Part shown: in pieces, positions 40,451-49,402 of the stretch
Position numbering within the stretch: position 1 is the stretch's first letter
Layout: each line of letters starts with the position of its first letter
Assembly: GCA_964416985.1 (NCBI GenBank)
Contig: CAYQFS010000001.1
Span: 153,365-217,364, forward strand
Direction of reading: 5' to 3'
From: an uncultured Candidatus Saccharibacteria bacterium
GTDB lineage: Bacteria; Patescibacteriota; Minisyncoccia; Phycocordibacterales; PALSA-1337
DNA: 64,000 nt
Notes under the pieces: generated by a model
The model's input: the letters and a program-made list of their open reading frames with translations, nothing else
The model's database searches: none
What the model was told of the DNA's origin: nothing
Made by a program: the position numbers and the translations under genes

Positions 40451-40485
40451 AGTAAAAATTAACGAAAAATTCGTTAATTTTTACT
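40451..40485. repeat. Perfect 16-bp inverted repeat
   Basis: AGTAAAAATTAACGAA-AAA-TTCGTTAATTTTTACT. Confidence 0.85.
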
Positions 40486-40570
40486 AAGTGATGATAGACA
40501 CATTATCCTAGCTCTTTCCTTTATAAAAAAGCAGCAACCTTGCGGGTGCTGCTTGTGAAAGCGATTCTGC

Positions 40571-41035
40571 TTAAGCGAAGTGATGGCTCGGCATTGCTTC
40601 GGAATTAAATATCATAGGAACACGCCCGGGTTCTTTGAGTGTGAACCTTTCCCATCCAAAAGAGAATTGTGAGGTTCCACCCAATTCTTCCGTAATGATG
40701 CGCATCGCATCTTGGGGGACCAGCATCAGGAGATTTTCTTTTCCTACTTTTACAAACACAAAGATTGTACGTGCAAAGTTCTCAAAACTTTTGTGTTTAG
40801 CGTTTGCTGCTTCAAATTTCCCTCGCACTTGCTTACACGCTGCTGATAGGGATTTATTCTCCTTGCTTTTCACAGCGATTTGTCCCGGCCAACCTGAAGG
40901 AATATGGACTACGTAGAGCAGATCACCCTTTGATTTTTTGAGGTGGCGCTGGACCTGTAGAAACAGACGGATCTGTTCATTGTAAAAGGATAAGCATTTT
41001 TCAATAGCTTCTTGAGTTCGTTCGGTTTTTTTCAT
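40571..41035 (-). CDS. Hypothetical protein
   Basis: ORF from MKKTERT; terminator AAGCAGCA/TGCTGCTT near 40525-40554. Confidence 0.6.
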   Translation of the reverse strand: MKKTERTQEAIEKCLSFYNEQIRLFLQVQRHLKKSKGDLLYVVHIPSGWPGQIAVKSKENKSLSAACKQVRGKFEAANAKHKSFENFARTIFVFVKVGKENLLMLVPQDAMRIITEELGGTSQFSFGWERFTLKEPGRVPMIFNSEAMPSHHFA

Positions 41036-41122
41036 ACTATAACTTTCTGGAGAGAAAGTATCATAATAATTATCCTCAGTCAATTTAAGTATTATTGCAC
41101 AAAATGATATAATTACATTCAT

Positions 41123-41965
41123 ATGCCACGAGCGAAGGTAAGAATAAGTAAAGAAAGATTGAGATTACTCTACCATCGAAAAAACTTGACTCCGGTAAAA
41201 ATCGGAAGGATTTTTGGTTGCCACGCCATTACTATTCGAAATCGTCTGAAAGAATATAAAATTCCTTTCAAAGATCCTGCTTTTGCCCGAATTAGATCAA
41301 AGCGCAAAGACTTTAATAACATTCTTACAAACAAAGCCTATATGATCGGATTTCGTATTGGTGATCTAAATGTATATCGTCCAAGTGAAAAATCTCAGAC
41401 AATAGTGGTTCGCTGTCATACAACTCAAATAGAGCAAATAGATATAATTAAATTTCTATTTAAGGGTTTTGGTAAAATAACAACGTCTTTTAATAATGGA
41501 CATTACCACATAAATTGTTTTCTAAATGAGACGTTTGGCTTTCTTCTTTCGAAAAGTAACGAGGCTTGGAGCTGGCTTAAGAATAGTGATGAATTGGTAC
41601 CCTATTTTATTGCGGGTTATGTTGACGCTGAAGCGAATTTTATTTTAAATCAAGGAAGAGCGCGATTCAAAATTGATTCTTATGACGTAGATATACTTAC
41701 TTTTATTTCAGAGTGGCTTGTGTCAAAGGGAATCTCCACTCGTTTCAGAAGAATTTATAAGAAAGGTGATATTTGGAAGGGTAATTTCCCTCTCAATAAG
41801 GATTTGTGGAGGTTGAATATAAATGATATGGTATCATTACTCAAATTCATTAATCTCATATTGCCCTGGATTCGACATAAAAAAAGAAGGGCTGATATGA
41901 TAATTTGCCTCAAAAATATTAAAAATAGGCAGGATAAGAAAAAATATGGATCCCAAAAAAATTAG
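41123..41965 (+). CDS. Free-standing LAGLIDADG homing-endonuclease-like protein with N-terminal HTH
   Basis: AYMIGFRIGD and FIAGYVDAEAN motifs; KIGRIFGCHAITIRNRL HTH. Confidence 0.8.
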   Translation: MPRAKVRISKERLRLLYHRKNLTPVKIGRIFGCHAITIRNRLKEYKIPFKDPAFARIRSKRKDFNNILTNKAYMIGFRIGDLNVYRPSEKSQTIVVRCHTTQIEQIDIIKFLFKGFGKITTSFNNGHYHINCFLNETFGFLLSKSNEAWSWLKNSDELVPYFIAGYVDAEANFILNQGRARFKIDSYDVDILTFISEWLVSKGISTRFRRIYKKGDIWKGNFPLNKDLWRLNINDMVSLLKFINLILPWIRHKKRRADMIICLKNIKNRQDKKKYGSQKN

Positions 41966-43760
41966 AAATTTTTCAATAATGGCCCATGTAGACCACGGGA
42001 AATCGACTCTTGCCGATCGCATGCTTGAATTTACCAATACCATTGAAAAGAGAAAAATGCAGGAGCAGGTTCTCGATAGTATGGAGCTTGAACGTGAGCG
42101 AGGTATTACTATAAAGATGCAGCCAGTGAGAATGAAGTGGGCAAAGAAAACGGGAGAAAATACTGGAAGGGAATACATCCTAAACCTCATCGACACCCCT
42201 GGTCATATCGACTTTTCGTACGAGGTTTCTCGTGCTCTAAAGGCTGTTGAAGGATCAATCCTTCTGGTGGATGCCACGCAGGGAGTTCAGGCTCAAACCC
42301 TCACAACACTCAACATGGCTCGTGAGTCAGGTCTTACTATTATTCCTGTTGTTTCGAAGATTGATTCTCCTCTTGCTCGCGCAAGCGAAGTGGTCCATGA
42401 AGTCTGCGAACTTCTCGGTTGTAATGAATCAGATGTTCTCAGGGTCTCAGGAAAAACAGGGGAAGGAGTTTCAGATCTTCTCGATAAGATAATCGAAAGA
42501 GTCCCCCCACCGGATGTTCCAAACGATACAAAAGAATTTCGTTCCCTCGTCTTTGATTTCCAGTATTCAAACCACAAAGGCGTGATCGTCTATGTTCGTG
42601 TCATGAGTGGAAGTGTTAAGCGGCATGATCAGCTTCTTTTTAAAATTTCAGATGAAAAATTCCAGTCTCTCGAAGTAGGAATTTTCGCTCCTGATGACAC
42701 ACCCACAGAAACTCTCGGAGCGGGGGAAATTGGCTACATTGTGACAGGAATAAAGCAGCCGGGAATTGCATCAGTTGGAGATACAGTTGCTTCAACTCGA
42801 GATGCACTCGCACCACTTCCGGGATATATGACCCCTCGACCAGTTGTTTGGGCTTCGATTTATCCTGAAAGCCAGGATGATTTTACAGCTCTTCGCCAGG
42901 CTCTGGGAAAACTTCGACTCTCTGATTCTTCATTTACCCACGATGAGGAATCCTCTGGAACGCTTGGAAGAGGATTCCGCTGCGGATTCTTGGGAATGCT
43001 TCATCTGGAAATCATCACCGAGCGCCTCCGACGCGAATTTAGTCTGAATCTTGTTGTTACAATTCCAAGCATCACGTATCATGTCGAGCTCAAACACGGT
43101 AAGACTGTCGTTGTATATTCACCAGCACTTTTTCCTGAAGATCATGAAGTCGTCCGTGTTCTTGAACCTCTCGTCAACATGAAAATCATCACCCCACCGC
43201 AGTATCTCGGGGTAATTATGCAGTCGGTTTTTGATCATGAGGGAATTGTCTCTGCCACGGAAAACTTTGGAGAAAATAGGACATCGCTCTCACTTGTTAT
43301 GCCACTCCGAGAACTGATGAGAAACTTTTTTGATGAAATGAAAAGCATTTCTTCTGGTTTCGCATCCATTTCATATGAAATTGGGGAGCTTCAGGAGGCA
43401 GATGTTGCTCGCATGGATATTCTCGTCGCCGATGAGCCTGTCGCTGCCTTTTGCCGAGTCGTCTCTCGTCGCCGTCTCGAAGAAGAAGCAAAAGCAACCG
43501 TCGAAAAGCTCCACAAAATTCTTCCCCGCCAGATGTTTACCGTAAAAATTCAAGCAAAAGCCCTTGGTCGAATCATTGCTTCTGAGACACTTGCTGGAAT
43601 GCAAAAAAACGTCACACAGCACATGTATGGAGGAGACCGTACTCGAAAAATGAAACTATGGGAAAAACAGAAAGAAGGAAAGAAGAAAATGAAGGAATTG
43701 GGACGTGGGAATGTCAATATTCCTCAAGAAGTCTTTGTTAAAATGATGCGGGCGGACTAG
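41946..43760 (+). CDS. lepA: Elongation factor 4
   Basis: IRNFSIMAHVDHGKSTLADR, GFRCGFLGMLH, YGGD.TRKMKL. Confidence 0.97.
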   Translation: MDPKKIRNFSIMAHVDHGKSTLADRMLEFTNTIEKRKMQEQVLDSMELERERGITIKMQPVRMKWAKKTGENTGREYILNLIDTPGHIDFSYEVSRALKAVEGSILLVDATQGVQAQTLTTLNMARESGLTIIPVVSKIDSPLARASEVVHEVCELLGCNESDVLRVSGKTGEGVSDLLDKIIERVPPPDVPNDTKEFRSLVFDFQYSNHKGVIVYVRVMSGSVKRHDQLLFKISDEKFQSLEVGIFAPDDTPTETLGAGEIGYIVTGIKQPGIASVGDTVASTRDALAPLPGYMTPRPVVWASIYPESQDDFTALRQALGKLRLSDSSFTHDEESSGTLGRGFRCGFLGMLHLEIITERLRREFSLNLVVTIPSITYHVELKHGKTVVVYSPALFPEDHEVVRVLEPLVNMKIITPPQYLGVIMQSVFDHEGIVSATENFGENRTSLSLVMPLRELMRNFFDEMKSISSGFASISYEIGELQEADVARMDILVADEPVAAFCRVVSRRRLEEEAKATVEKLHKILPRQMFTVKIQAKALGRIIASETLAGMQKNVTQHMYGGDRTRKMKLWEKQKEGKKKMKELGRGNVNIPQEVFVKMMRAD

Positions 43761-43867
43761 CGGAAAAGCGTCGGAATCAAATAAAGAATCATGCTTACAA
43801 TAATGAGGATCCCTATAATAAACATGATTACCTTGAAGGCTTTCTGGGTGTTTTGGTGGAATAACAT
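43757..43867 (-). CDS. Small single-TM protein (36 aa)
   Basis: MLFHQNTQKAFKVIMFIIGILIIVSMIL; ATG 8 nt after a TACTAT -10-like element. Confidence 0.5.
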   Translation of the reverse strand: MLFHQNTQKAFKVIMFIIGILIIVSMILYLIPTLFR

Positions 43868-43904
43868 AGTAGAGGATAGTATACTATAGCTACCGAAAAT
43901 TTCA

Positions 43905-44315
43905 ATGCTTGAATTCCAGCAAAAAAAGAAGTTCCAAAGATTCCTCCATTCTCCCCTCATGATCATTACCCTCATCATTGTTTTTGGCGTTCTAGCAAAA
44001 GCTTCGTGGGGAGTGTACCAAAAGGAACGCTTGAGTGCCGAAAACCTTTCTCGTCAGAATGCTGAACTTCAGAAGCTTTCAGAAAGAGAGAATAGTCTTG
44101 CTCAATCGATCGAATATCTTAAAACTGATGAGGGTGTCGAGGCTGAGATTCGCTCAAAGTTTCGTTTCGCGCGCGACGGCGAATCGATTGCCGTAATTAT
44201 TGACAATAGTTCCTCAACAACAAGAGGGGTGTACCAGAGTACATCTGCATCTGGCGCAACTTCTACTGAATCAAGGGGATTTTTCGGAAGAATTTTCTCG
44301 TGGTTTGCGAATTAA
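43905..44315 (+). CDS. Septum formation initiator (FtsB/DivIC family)
   Basis: TM plus coiled coil, E.EIRSKF..ARDGE. Confidence 0.8.
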   Translation: MLEFQQKKKFQRFLHSPLMIITLIIVFGVLAKASWGVYQKERLSAENLSRQNAELQKLSERENSLAQSIEYLKTDEGVEAEIRSKFRFARDGESIAVIIDNSSSTTRGVYQSTSASGATSTESRGFFGRIFSWFAN

Positions 44316-44363
44316 TATTGCTCTGATATACTATAACTCCTTACAAACTAATTTTAATTATCT

Positions 44364-44597
44364 ATGAAAAACATCACCATTTACTCAACATCAACCTGCC
44401 ACTTTTGCAGACTCGCAAAAGAATTTATGACTGCGAACAATATTCCTTTTACTGAATACAATGTTGGAACTGATCTTGAAAAGAGAAAAGAAATGGTAGA
44501 AAAGAGCGGTCAGATGGGAGTGCCAGTGATCGACATTGGGGGTGAGATCATGGTAGGTTTTGAGGAAGGGGAGTTCAGGGAGGCTCTCGGGATCTAG
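44364..44597 (+). CDS. Glutaredoxin/NrdH-like redoxin
   Basis: CHFC, KSGQMGVPVI, VGF. Confidence 0.9.
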   Translation: MKNITIYSTSTCHFCRLAKEFMTANNIPFTEYNVGTDLEKRKEMVEKSGQMGVPVIDIGGEIMVGFEEGEFREALGI

Positions 44598-44609
44598 TTA
44601 GTTTTATAA

Positions 44610-45284
44610 TTTATTTTTTTAAATTCACCAAAGAAGACACTTACAGAAAAACAAATAAAAGAAATAACTGATCTTAGGCTGACCGGTCATTCACTTCCTG
44701 AAATAAAGAAGATTGTTGGATGTGGCTACGGGACTGTTTGGAGGTATATCAGGAATATAAGGGTTTTGGCTGAATATCAGGAAATCTTGAGAGTTAAACA
44801 AGGAGGAAGCAAGGAAAGAGCCAAGAAACATTGGAATGAAGCACAAAAAGAAGCTAAAGATGTAATCGGTCAGTTTTCTACGAGAGATTTGTTAATATTT
44901 ATGAGTGGGATCTATTGGGGAGAAGGCACAAAAACATCACTTGCTCTAGTAAATGGCGATCCTTTCTTAGTTCGGTCTTTTATCCAGGGTCTGTTAGTAA
45001 TGGGCGTAAATAAGGATGACATAAGACTAAATTTTCGTATTTTTTCGGATACTGATGAAAATAAGATAATAGATTACTGGTTAAAATTTCTTGGTTTCAG
45101 TCGAGAAAATATTGGGCGGTCGGAGATTATAGAGGGGAATGGTACAAATAAACTTCAGTATGGAATGTGTCGTGTTCGAGTATTGAAAGGAGCTCGTTAT
45201 TTCAAACGTGTCATGAGTATGATAGATTTGATGAAGTCGTCACAATGCCCCTGTAGTTCAACGGATAGAACAGGAACGTCCTAA
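44610..45284 (+). CDS. tRNA-adjacent HTH plus LAGLIDADG-like protein (start uncertain)
   Basis: Frame open from 44610: GHSLPEIKKIVGCGYGTVWRY HTH, GIYWGEGTK, NGDP..V..F, YGMCRV. Confidence 0.65.
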   Translation, partial: FIFLNSPKKTLTEKQIKEITDLRLTGHSLPEIKKIVGCGYGTVWRYIRNIRVLAEYQEILRVKQGGSKERAKKHWNEAQKEAKDVIGQFSTRDLLIFMSGIYWGEGTKTSLALVNGDPFLVRSFIQGLLVMGVNKDDIRLNFRIFSDTDENKIIDYWLKFLGFSRENIGRSEIIEGNGTNKLQYGMCRVRVLKGARYFKRVMSMIDLMKSSQCPCSSTDRTGTS

Positions 45285-45318
45285 GTTTCTGATGTCAGTT
45301 CAATTCTGGCCAGGGGCA
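45247..45318 (+). tRNA. tRNA-Arg(CCT)
   Basis: GCCCCTG/CAGGGGC, GGAAC-GT CCT AA-GTTTC, TTCAATT loop. Confidence 0.92.
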
Positions 45319-45358
45319 CTATTTTGCATATTCACCCCTTTTTGCTATACTCATTCTC

Positions 45359-45604
45359 ATGACTCCAGAGGAACGTTCGCTTCTTGAAAGAACACATGAA
45401 ATGACGGAGGAAAATAACAAGATCCTTCGTTCTTTGCGCCGTAGCAGGCGCATCAGCCTTATTCTGAGTATTTCGTACTGGGTTCTTATCATCGGACTCT
45501 CGGTGGGGGCTTTTTACTTCATTCAGCCCTATATTGATTTCATTGCCGGAGGAACTGATTCTGGATCAAAGATAACGGAGCAATTTAAAGATCTCCTCAA
45601 ATAA
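45359..45604 (+). CDS. Small hypothetical membrane protein
   Basis: EENNKILRSLRRS plus one TM; leaderless after TATACT. Confidence 0.75.
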   Translation: MTPEERSLLERTHEMTEENNKILRSLRRSRRISLILSISYWVLIIGLSVGAFYFIQPYIDFIAGGTDSGSKITEQFKDLLK

Positions 45605-45614
45605 GTGCGTACAT

Positions 45615-45690
45615 GCCGAAGTAGCTCAGTTGGTAGAGCGCTCCCCTGAAGAGGGATAGGTCACCAGTTCGACTCTGGTCTTCGGCACCA
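45615..45690 (+). tRNA. tRNA-Phe(GAA)
   Basis: GCCGAAG/CTTCGGC-A-CCA, CT GAA GA loop. Confidence 0.95.
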
Positions 45691-45696
45691 CACAAA

Positions 45697-45727
45697 GAAA
45701 AAAGAGACTCGAAAGTCTCTTTTTTCT
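45697..45727. terminator. Bidirectional terminator
   Basis: AAAAAAGAGACT-CGAA-AGTCTCTTTTTT. Confidence 0.8.
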
Positions 45728-45730
45728 TAA

Positions 45731-46207
45731 TTAAATAGTCTTCACCTTCAATTTAGACTGTCTCTTCTTATCAAGCTTTGGTAGTTTTAAAATAAGGAGG
45801 CCATGTTTTTCGACAGCTTCTGCTTCGTCAACATCGATTTCTGATGGTAGGGTAATGGTTCGAGAAAAACTTCCCCAGTAGAGTTCTCGCGCAAAAAAAT
45901 CCTCATCGTGGATGGTTTTTTCTTCCTCTCGTCGGCCTTTGATAGTTACCATGTCACGAGTAATTGAGATATCAAGATCTTCAGGGCGTACTCCTGCAAT
46001 CATTGCTTTTATGACGATGGAATCTGCTGTCTGATAGACATCGACAGTGAGTTCACCTTCACGTTCTTCTTCTTCGATCCAGTTTGCCGTAACTTTTCCA
46101 GTAGGTTTCTTATCATTTTTTATTTCATCCTCAAAATCTTCCCGGTCTTCATCTACTCGGACGGATCCGGTGAGTCTTTCAAAAAATGATTTCTTTTCTT
46201 TTGCCAT
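45731..46207 (-). CDS. Hsp20/alpha-crystallin family protein
   Basis: VDVYQT, ELYWGSFSRTITLP, GLLILKLPK. Confidence 0.92.
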   Translation of the reverse strand: MAKEKKSFFERLTGSVRVDEDREDFEDEIKNDKKPTGKVTANWIEEEEREGELTVDVYQTADSIVIKAMIAGVRPEDLDISITRDMVTIKGRREEEKTIHDEDFFARELYWGSFSRTITLPSEIDVDEAEAVEKHGLLILKLPKLDKKRQSKLKVKTI

Positions 46208-46239
46208 AGAACAATGATTAAGGTGCTACTAATAATAAA

Positions 46240-46929
46240 TTATGTTGTTTTCGGATGAATGCCTTTTACTTCTTCAAAAAGAATGATGAGGATGACAACT
46301 GCGCACCACACCCAACCGAAAACTTTGAGTGTACTCGTTACTGTTGCGTTTATTATAGCTAAATTAAACGCAGTATGCAATGCAGAAGCAATAGCAATTC
46401 CTACGAGAACCGAAAAAACTTTTGTAAATGCTTTGCGGTAGAAGGAAAGTCCGATCATGAAGCCAATCGAGGCAGATGAAACAGTGTGGACAAGTGTTGC
46501 ACCAATGAATCTAAAGTTTCCAGTGAGGATGCTGTCGAAAAGTCCATTTGCATCAAATGATTTAAATATGAAAAGAGTATTTTCCATTGCAGCAAAGCCG
46601 AGGGCGAGAGTGATGCAATAAATCATGGCGTCGATTGGTTCATCGAGATTTTTTGAATGAAGGGCCACCAGTCCAATTGCAAGAAATTTAACAATTTCCT
46701 CAATCGCCGCCCATGCCATGTAACGATATGTCTGATCTGCGATTATTTCCTGAGCTATTCCTTCAAAGACGATAGCGACAAGGACCGAAATGCACCCCGC
46801 AAGAAACGAAACTGCAATGAGGGTACGGGGTTCGGGATGGAGGTTATCCTCCCTGAGCCAGAACCAGAGCCACAGGAGGGCAGGGAGCACTCCTGCAAGG
46901 AGAGTGTAGATGATATTGGTAAGGTTCAT
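46240..46929 (-). CDS. PrsW family intramembrane metalloprotease
   Basis: EEIVK, LGFAAMEN, LHTAFN. Confidence 0.9.
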   Translation of the reverse strand: MNLTNIIYTLLAGVLPALLWLWFWLREDNLHPEPRTLIAVSFLAGCISVLVAIVFEGIAQEIIADQTYRYMAWAAIEEIVKFLAIGLVALHSKNLDEPIDAMIYCITLALGFAAMENTLFIFKSFDANGLFDSILTGNFRFIGATLVHTVSSASIGFMIGLSFYRKAFTKVFSVLVGIAIASALHTAFNLAIINATVTSTLKVFGWVWCAVVILIILFEEVKGIHPKTT

Positions 46930-47146
46930 GGGGTAAATTATACCGCAAGAAGCTTATTGAAGCAGGGATTGACAAAAAGGCTGAGTTGTGATAGGGTGAC
47001 GGGCAGTCGGCGTTCTTTGACGTTTAAGGAAGATGGGGTGAAAACCTCATAGATTCGGGCTGTTCCCGGATTTGTCTGTATGAATTCCTATGCTCGAAGA
47101 GCGCTATCCTTGCGCAACAGAAAACCAAACAACTCCGAATTAAATC

Positions 47147-48289
47147 ATGAAAAAAATTCTACTCCTTGCCGGTGCCTTTGTGGCACTTATCGCTCAACAG
47201 GCCACCGCAGCTGTCACCATTTCTCTCGCTAACGGCGATGACGATGGAGACTCCGCGAAGGTAGTCACCTATCAGCAGTGGAAAGCTGCTGGTGGCGTGA
47301 AGACTTCAAGTCTTGTCCCCGAAAGTGTTCCGCTTTTGAGCACGATGCCAAACAAAATCTACCAACTCTCTGGACCTTCGTCCGCGAGCAGTCACACGAC
47401 GACATATCGCCAAAGGGTTATGAAGTGGCTTGGCGGTGGTAGTGTCTCGATGGATCGTACACTCGATCCGACGGCTGTTTATCTGATCCCACGTCATTCT
47501 GGTATGTCACAACCGTGGGGTTTACAACTTTACGACATGGCTACAACGGGTTTCCCGTTTTGGAATGGACAGGCTCCGCCAGATACGAATAGCACAGCAA
47601 TAGCGAATGCCACAGGGCATCGTATTGTTGTTCCTCTGATCGCCAGTGGCAATCAGATGAGAAAGTATTGGGTGAGAGTCACAACGTCGAGTACGATCAT
47701 TGGCAACTCAATGTTTCCAGTCGCTACAAATTCAGCGAATGGTCAGGAAATTGCCTTTAACTCGCAGTACATTGCCATCGACCTCGGTGAAAATGGAAAT
47801 CTGGATTCATTCCAGGATCCAGGCACAGGTCAGTTGGTGCAGGCGGGTGATGATACGATTCACACCTCCGGCTTCCCATCGTCACTCGAGGGTCACTACG
47901 ACACCGTGCTACGCTTTGGTTCAACCATCGCGGTCACAGTCAGTGACTATGCGAGCTTCGCAAGTCTCAAGAACGAGTTTGCGTCCAACAACATCACACT
48001 CAAGGTTGAGTTAGTGTTGAAGGAAAGCGACTCTGAAACTGTACTCGACAGTTATGAGACTTCGGCGGCAGTTTGCAAACTCGCGATTGCTGGTCTTCCG
48101 AACAACGTGGTGCGTCTCACGAACGTTGGTGGACAAACAATGCTGGTCAACCAGCTTGAGAGTCGGCCAGACATTCAGGGCTCATCGTGGTCAGTTGCTC
48201 GCCCAGATATGCTTCCTTCGGGACGTTTCTGGGATGAACCAACAGATGGCATGCACTTCTTCCGGTTACGTCAGGCCCCAGGGCAATGA
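47147..48289 (+). CDS. Secreted hypothetical protein
   Basis: Signal peptide MKKILLL...ATA-A; own promoter TTGACA-17-TAGGGT; terminator near 48316-48355. Confidence 0.75.
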   Translation: MKKILLLAGAFVALIAQQATAAVTISLANGDDDGDSAKVVTYQQWKAAGGVKTSSLVPESVPLLSTMPNKIYQLSGPSSASSHTTTYRQRVMKWLGGGSVSMDRTLDPTAVYLIPRHSGMSQPWGLQLYDMATTGFPFWNGQAPPDTNSTAIANATGHRIVVPLIASGNQMRKYWVRVTTSSTIIGNSMFPVATNSANGQEIAFNSQYIAIDLGENGNLDSFQDPGTGQLVQAGDDTIHTSGFPSSLEGHYDTVLRFGSTIAVTVSDYASFASLKNEFASNNITLKVELVLKESDSETVLDSYETSAAVCKLAIAGLPNNVVRLTNVGGQTMLVNQLESRPDIQGSSWSVARPDMLPSGRFWDEPTDGMHFFRLRQAPGQ

Positions 48290-48458
48290 CAACGTAAGGT
48301 TCCGGTCTTACGCCCAACCAACCTCCCTCGCAGTATGCGGTGGAGGTTGTTTTTATGCTAAATTTGTCGTAAAACTAAAGCAAGAGACCTATTGACATAA
48401 ATTATGTTATATGATAGGGTATCGCTACCTTACAGTTTTATCAAGGTAATAAAAATAT

Positions 48459-49379
48459 ATGAAAAACAATATTAAATCATTAGCTTTTGCTTTAATTTTG
48501 ATGTCACTTATCGCTGTGGCACCATTTGTCGTGAAGGCTGAGAACGGCGGAGATGATGTCTCTGGCGGAACAGATTCTACTATTATTAATGGAGGTGATG
48601 ATGCTGGTTCAATTCACACTGACCTTACAAACGGAGATGATGATACGGCTTCAGTTACAGGAGGTACTATCATAAATGGTGGAGATGATACAGGTTCAGT
48701 TCATACTAACCTTACGAATGGAGATGACGACACAGGAGGAACACAGGCTCCTGGAAATGAGTCAGATCCAGTCAATCCTCCTTCAAACTCAGGTAACGGG
48801 AGTGGTCCAGTCGGTTCTTCTGGAAGCTCCGTTGGAACTTCAGGTGGCCGAGCTACAACTCTCCCAACCCTTGGTTCTTTTGGTCAGTGTGAATACATCA
48901 CTGCCTACATGAAACTTGGTGGAAATAATTCTGTCGCCGAAGTTACAAAGCTTCAGAGCTTCCTTTCTTCACAGGGAATTGCAGTAGCAGCTACTGGAAT
49001 CTTTGATGTAGAGACAGAAACTGCAGTCAAAGCTTTTCAAGCAAAGTATCTTGACGAGGTTATGCTTCCATGGGGAGTAACAACTCCTTCAGGACAGGTC
49101 TACTTCACTACAAAGAAGAAGATCAACGAAGTATATTGTAAGGCGAATTTCGCTCTTACAGCAGAGCAGATTGCTCAGATCGAAGCTTACAAGAATGCCG
49201 TAGCAAACGGAACTCTCAATGCAAGCTCGACTGATGCAGAAACTGTTACCGGAACTTCATCTATTCCTCTCAATCCAGAAGTTGGATCAAGTGACAACAG
49301 CAACCAGACAGGTGCAGTTGCAAACACTTCATTCTTTGGAAAGGTCTGGAAATTTATAAAAGGAATCTTCGGAAGATAA
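48459..49379 (+). CDS. Secreted peptidoglycan-binding-domain protein with acidic repeats
   Basis: Signal peptide; NG(G/D)DD repeats; EVTKLQSFL...TGIFD.ETETAVKAFQ. Confidence 0.8.
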   Translation: MKNNIKSLAFALILMSLIAVAPFVVKAENGGDDVSGGTDSTIINGGDDAGSIHTDLTNGDDDTASVTGGTIINGGDDTGSVHTNLTNGDDDTGGTQAPGNESDPVNPPSNSGNGSGPVGSSGSSVGTSGGRATTLPTLGSFGQCEYITAYMKLGGNNSVAEVTKLQSFLSSQGIAVAATGIFDVETETAVKAFQAKYLDEVMLPWGVTTPSGQVYFTTKKKINEVYCKANFALTAEQIAQIEAYKNAVANGTLNASSTDAETVTGTSSIPLNPEVGSSDNSNQTGAVANTSFFGKVWKFIKGIFGR

Positions 49380-49402
49380 TTCCGTAGAAACTGCGAATCA
49401 CT

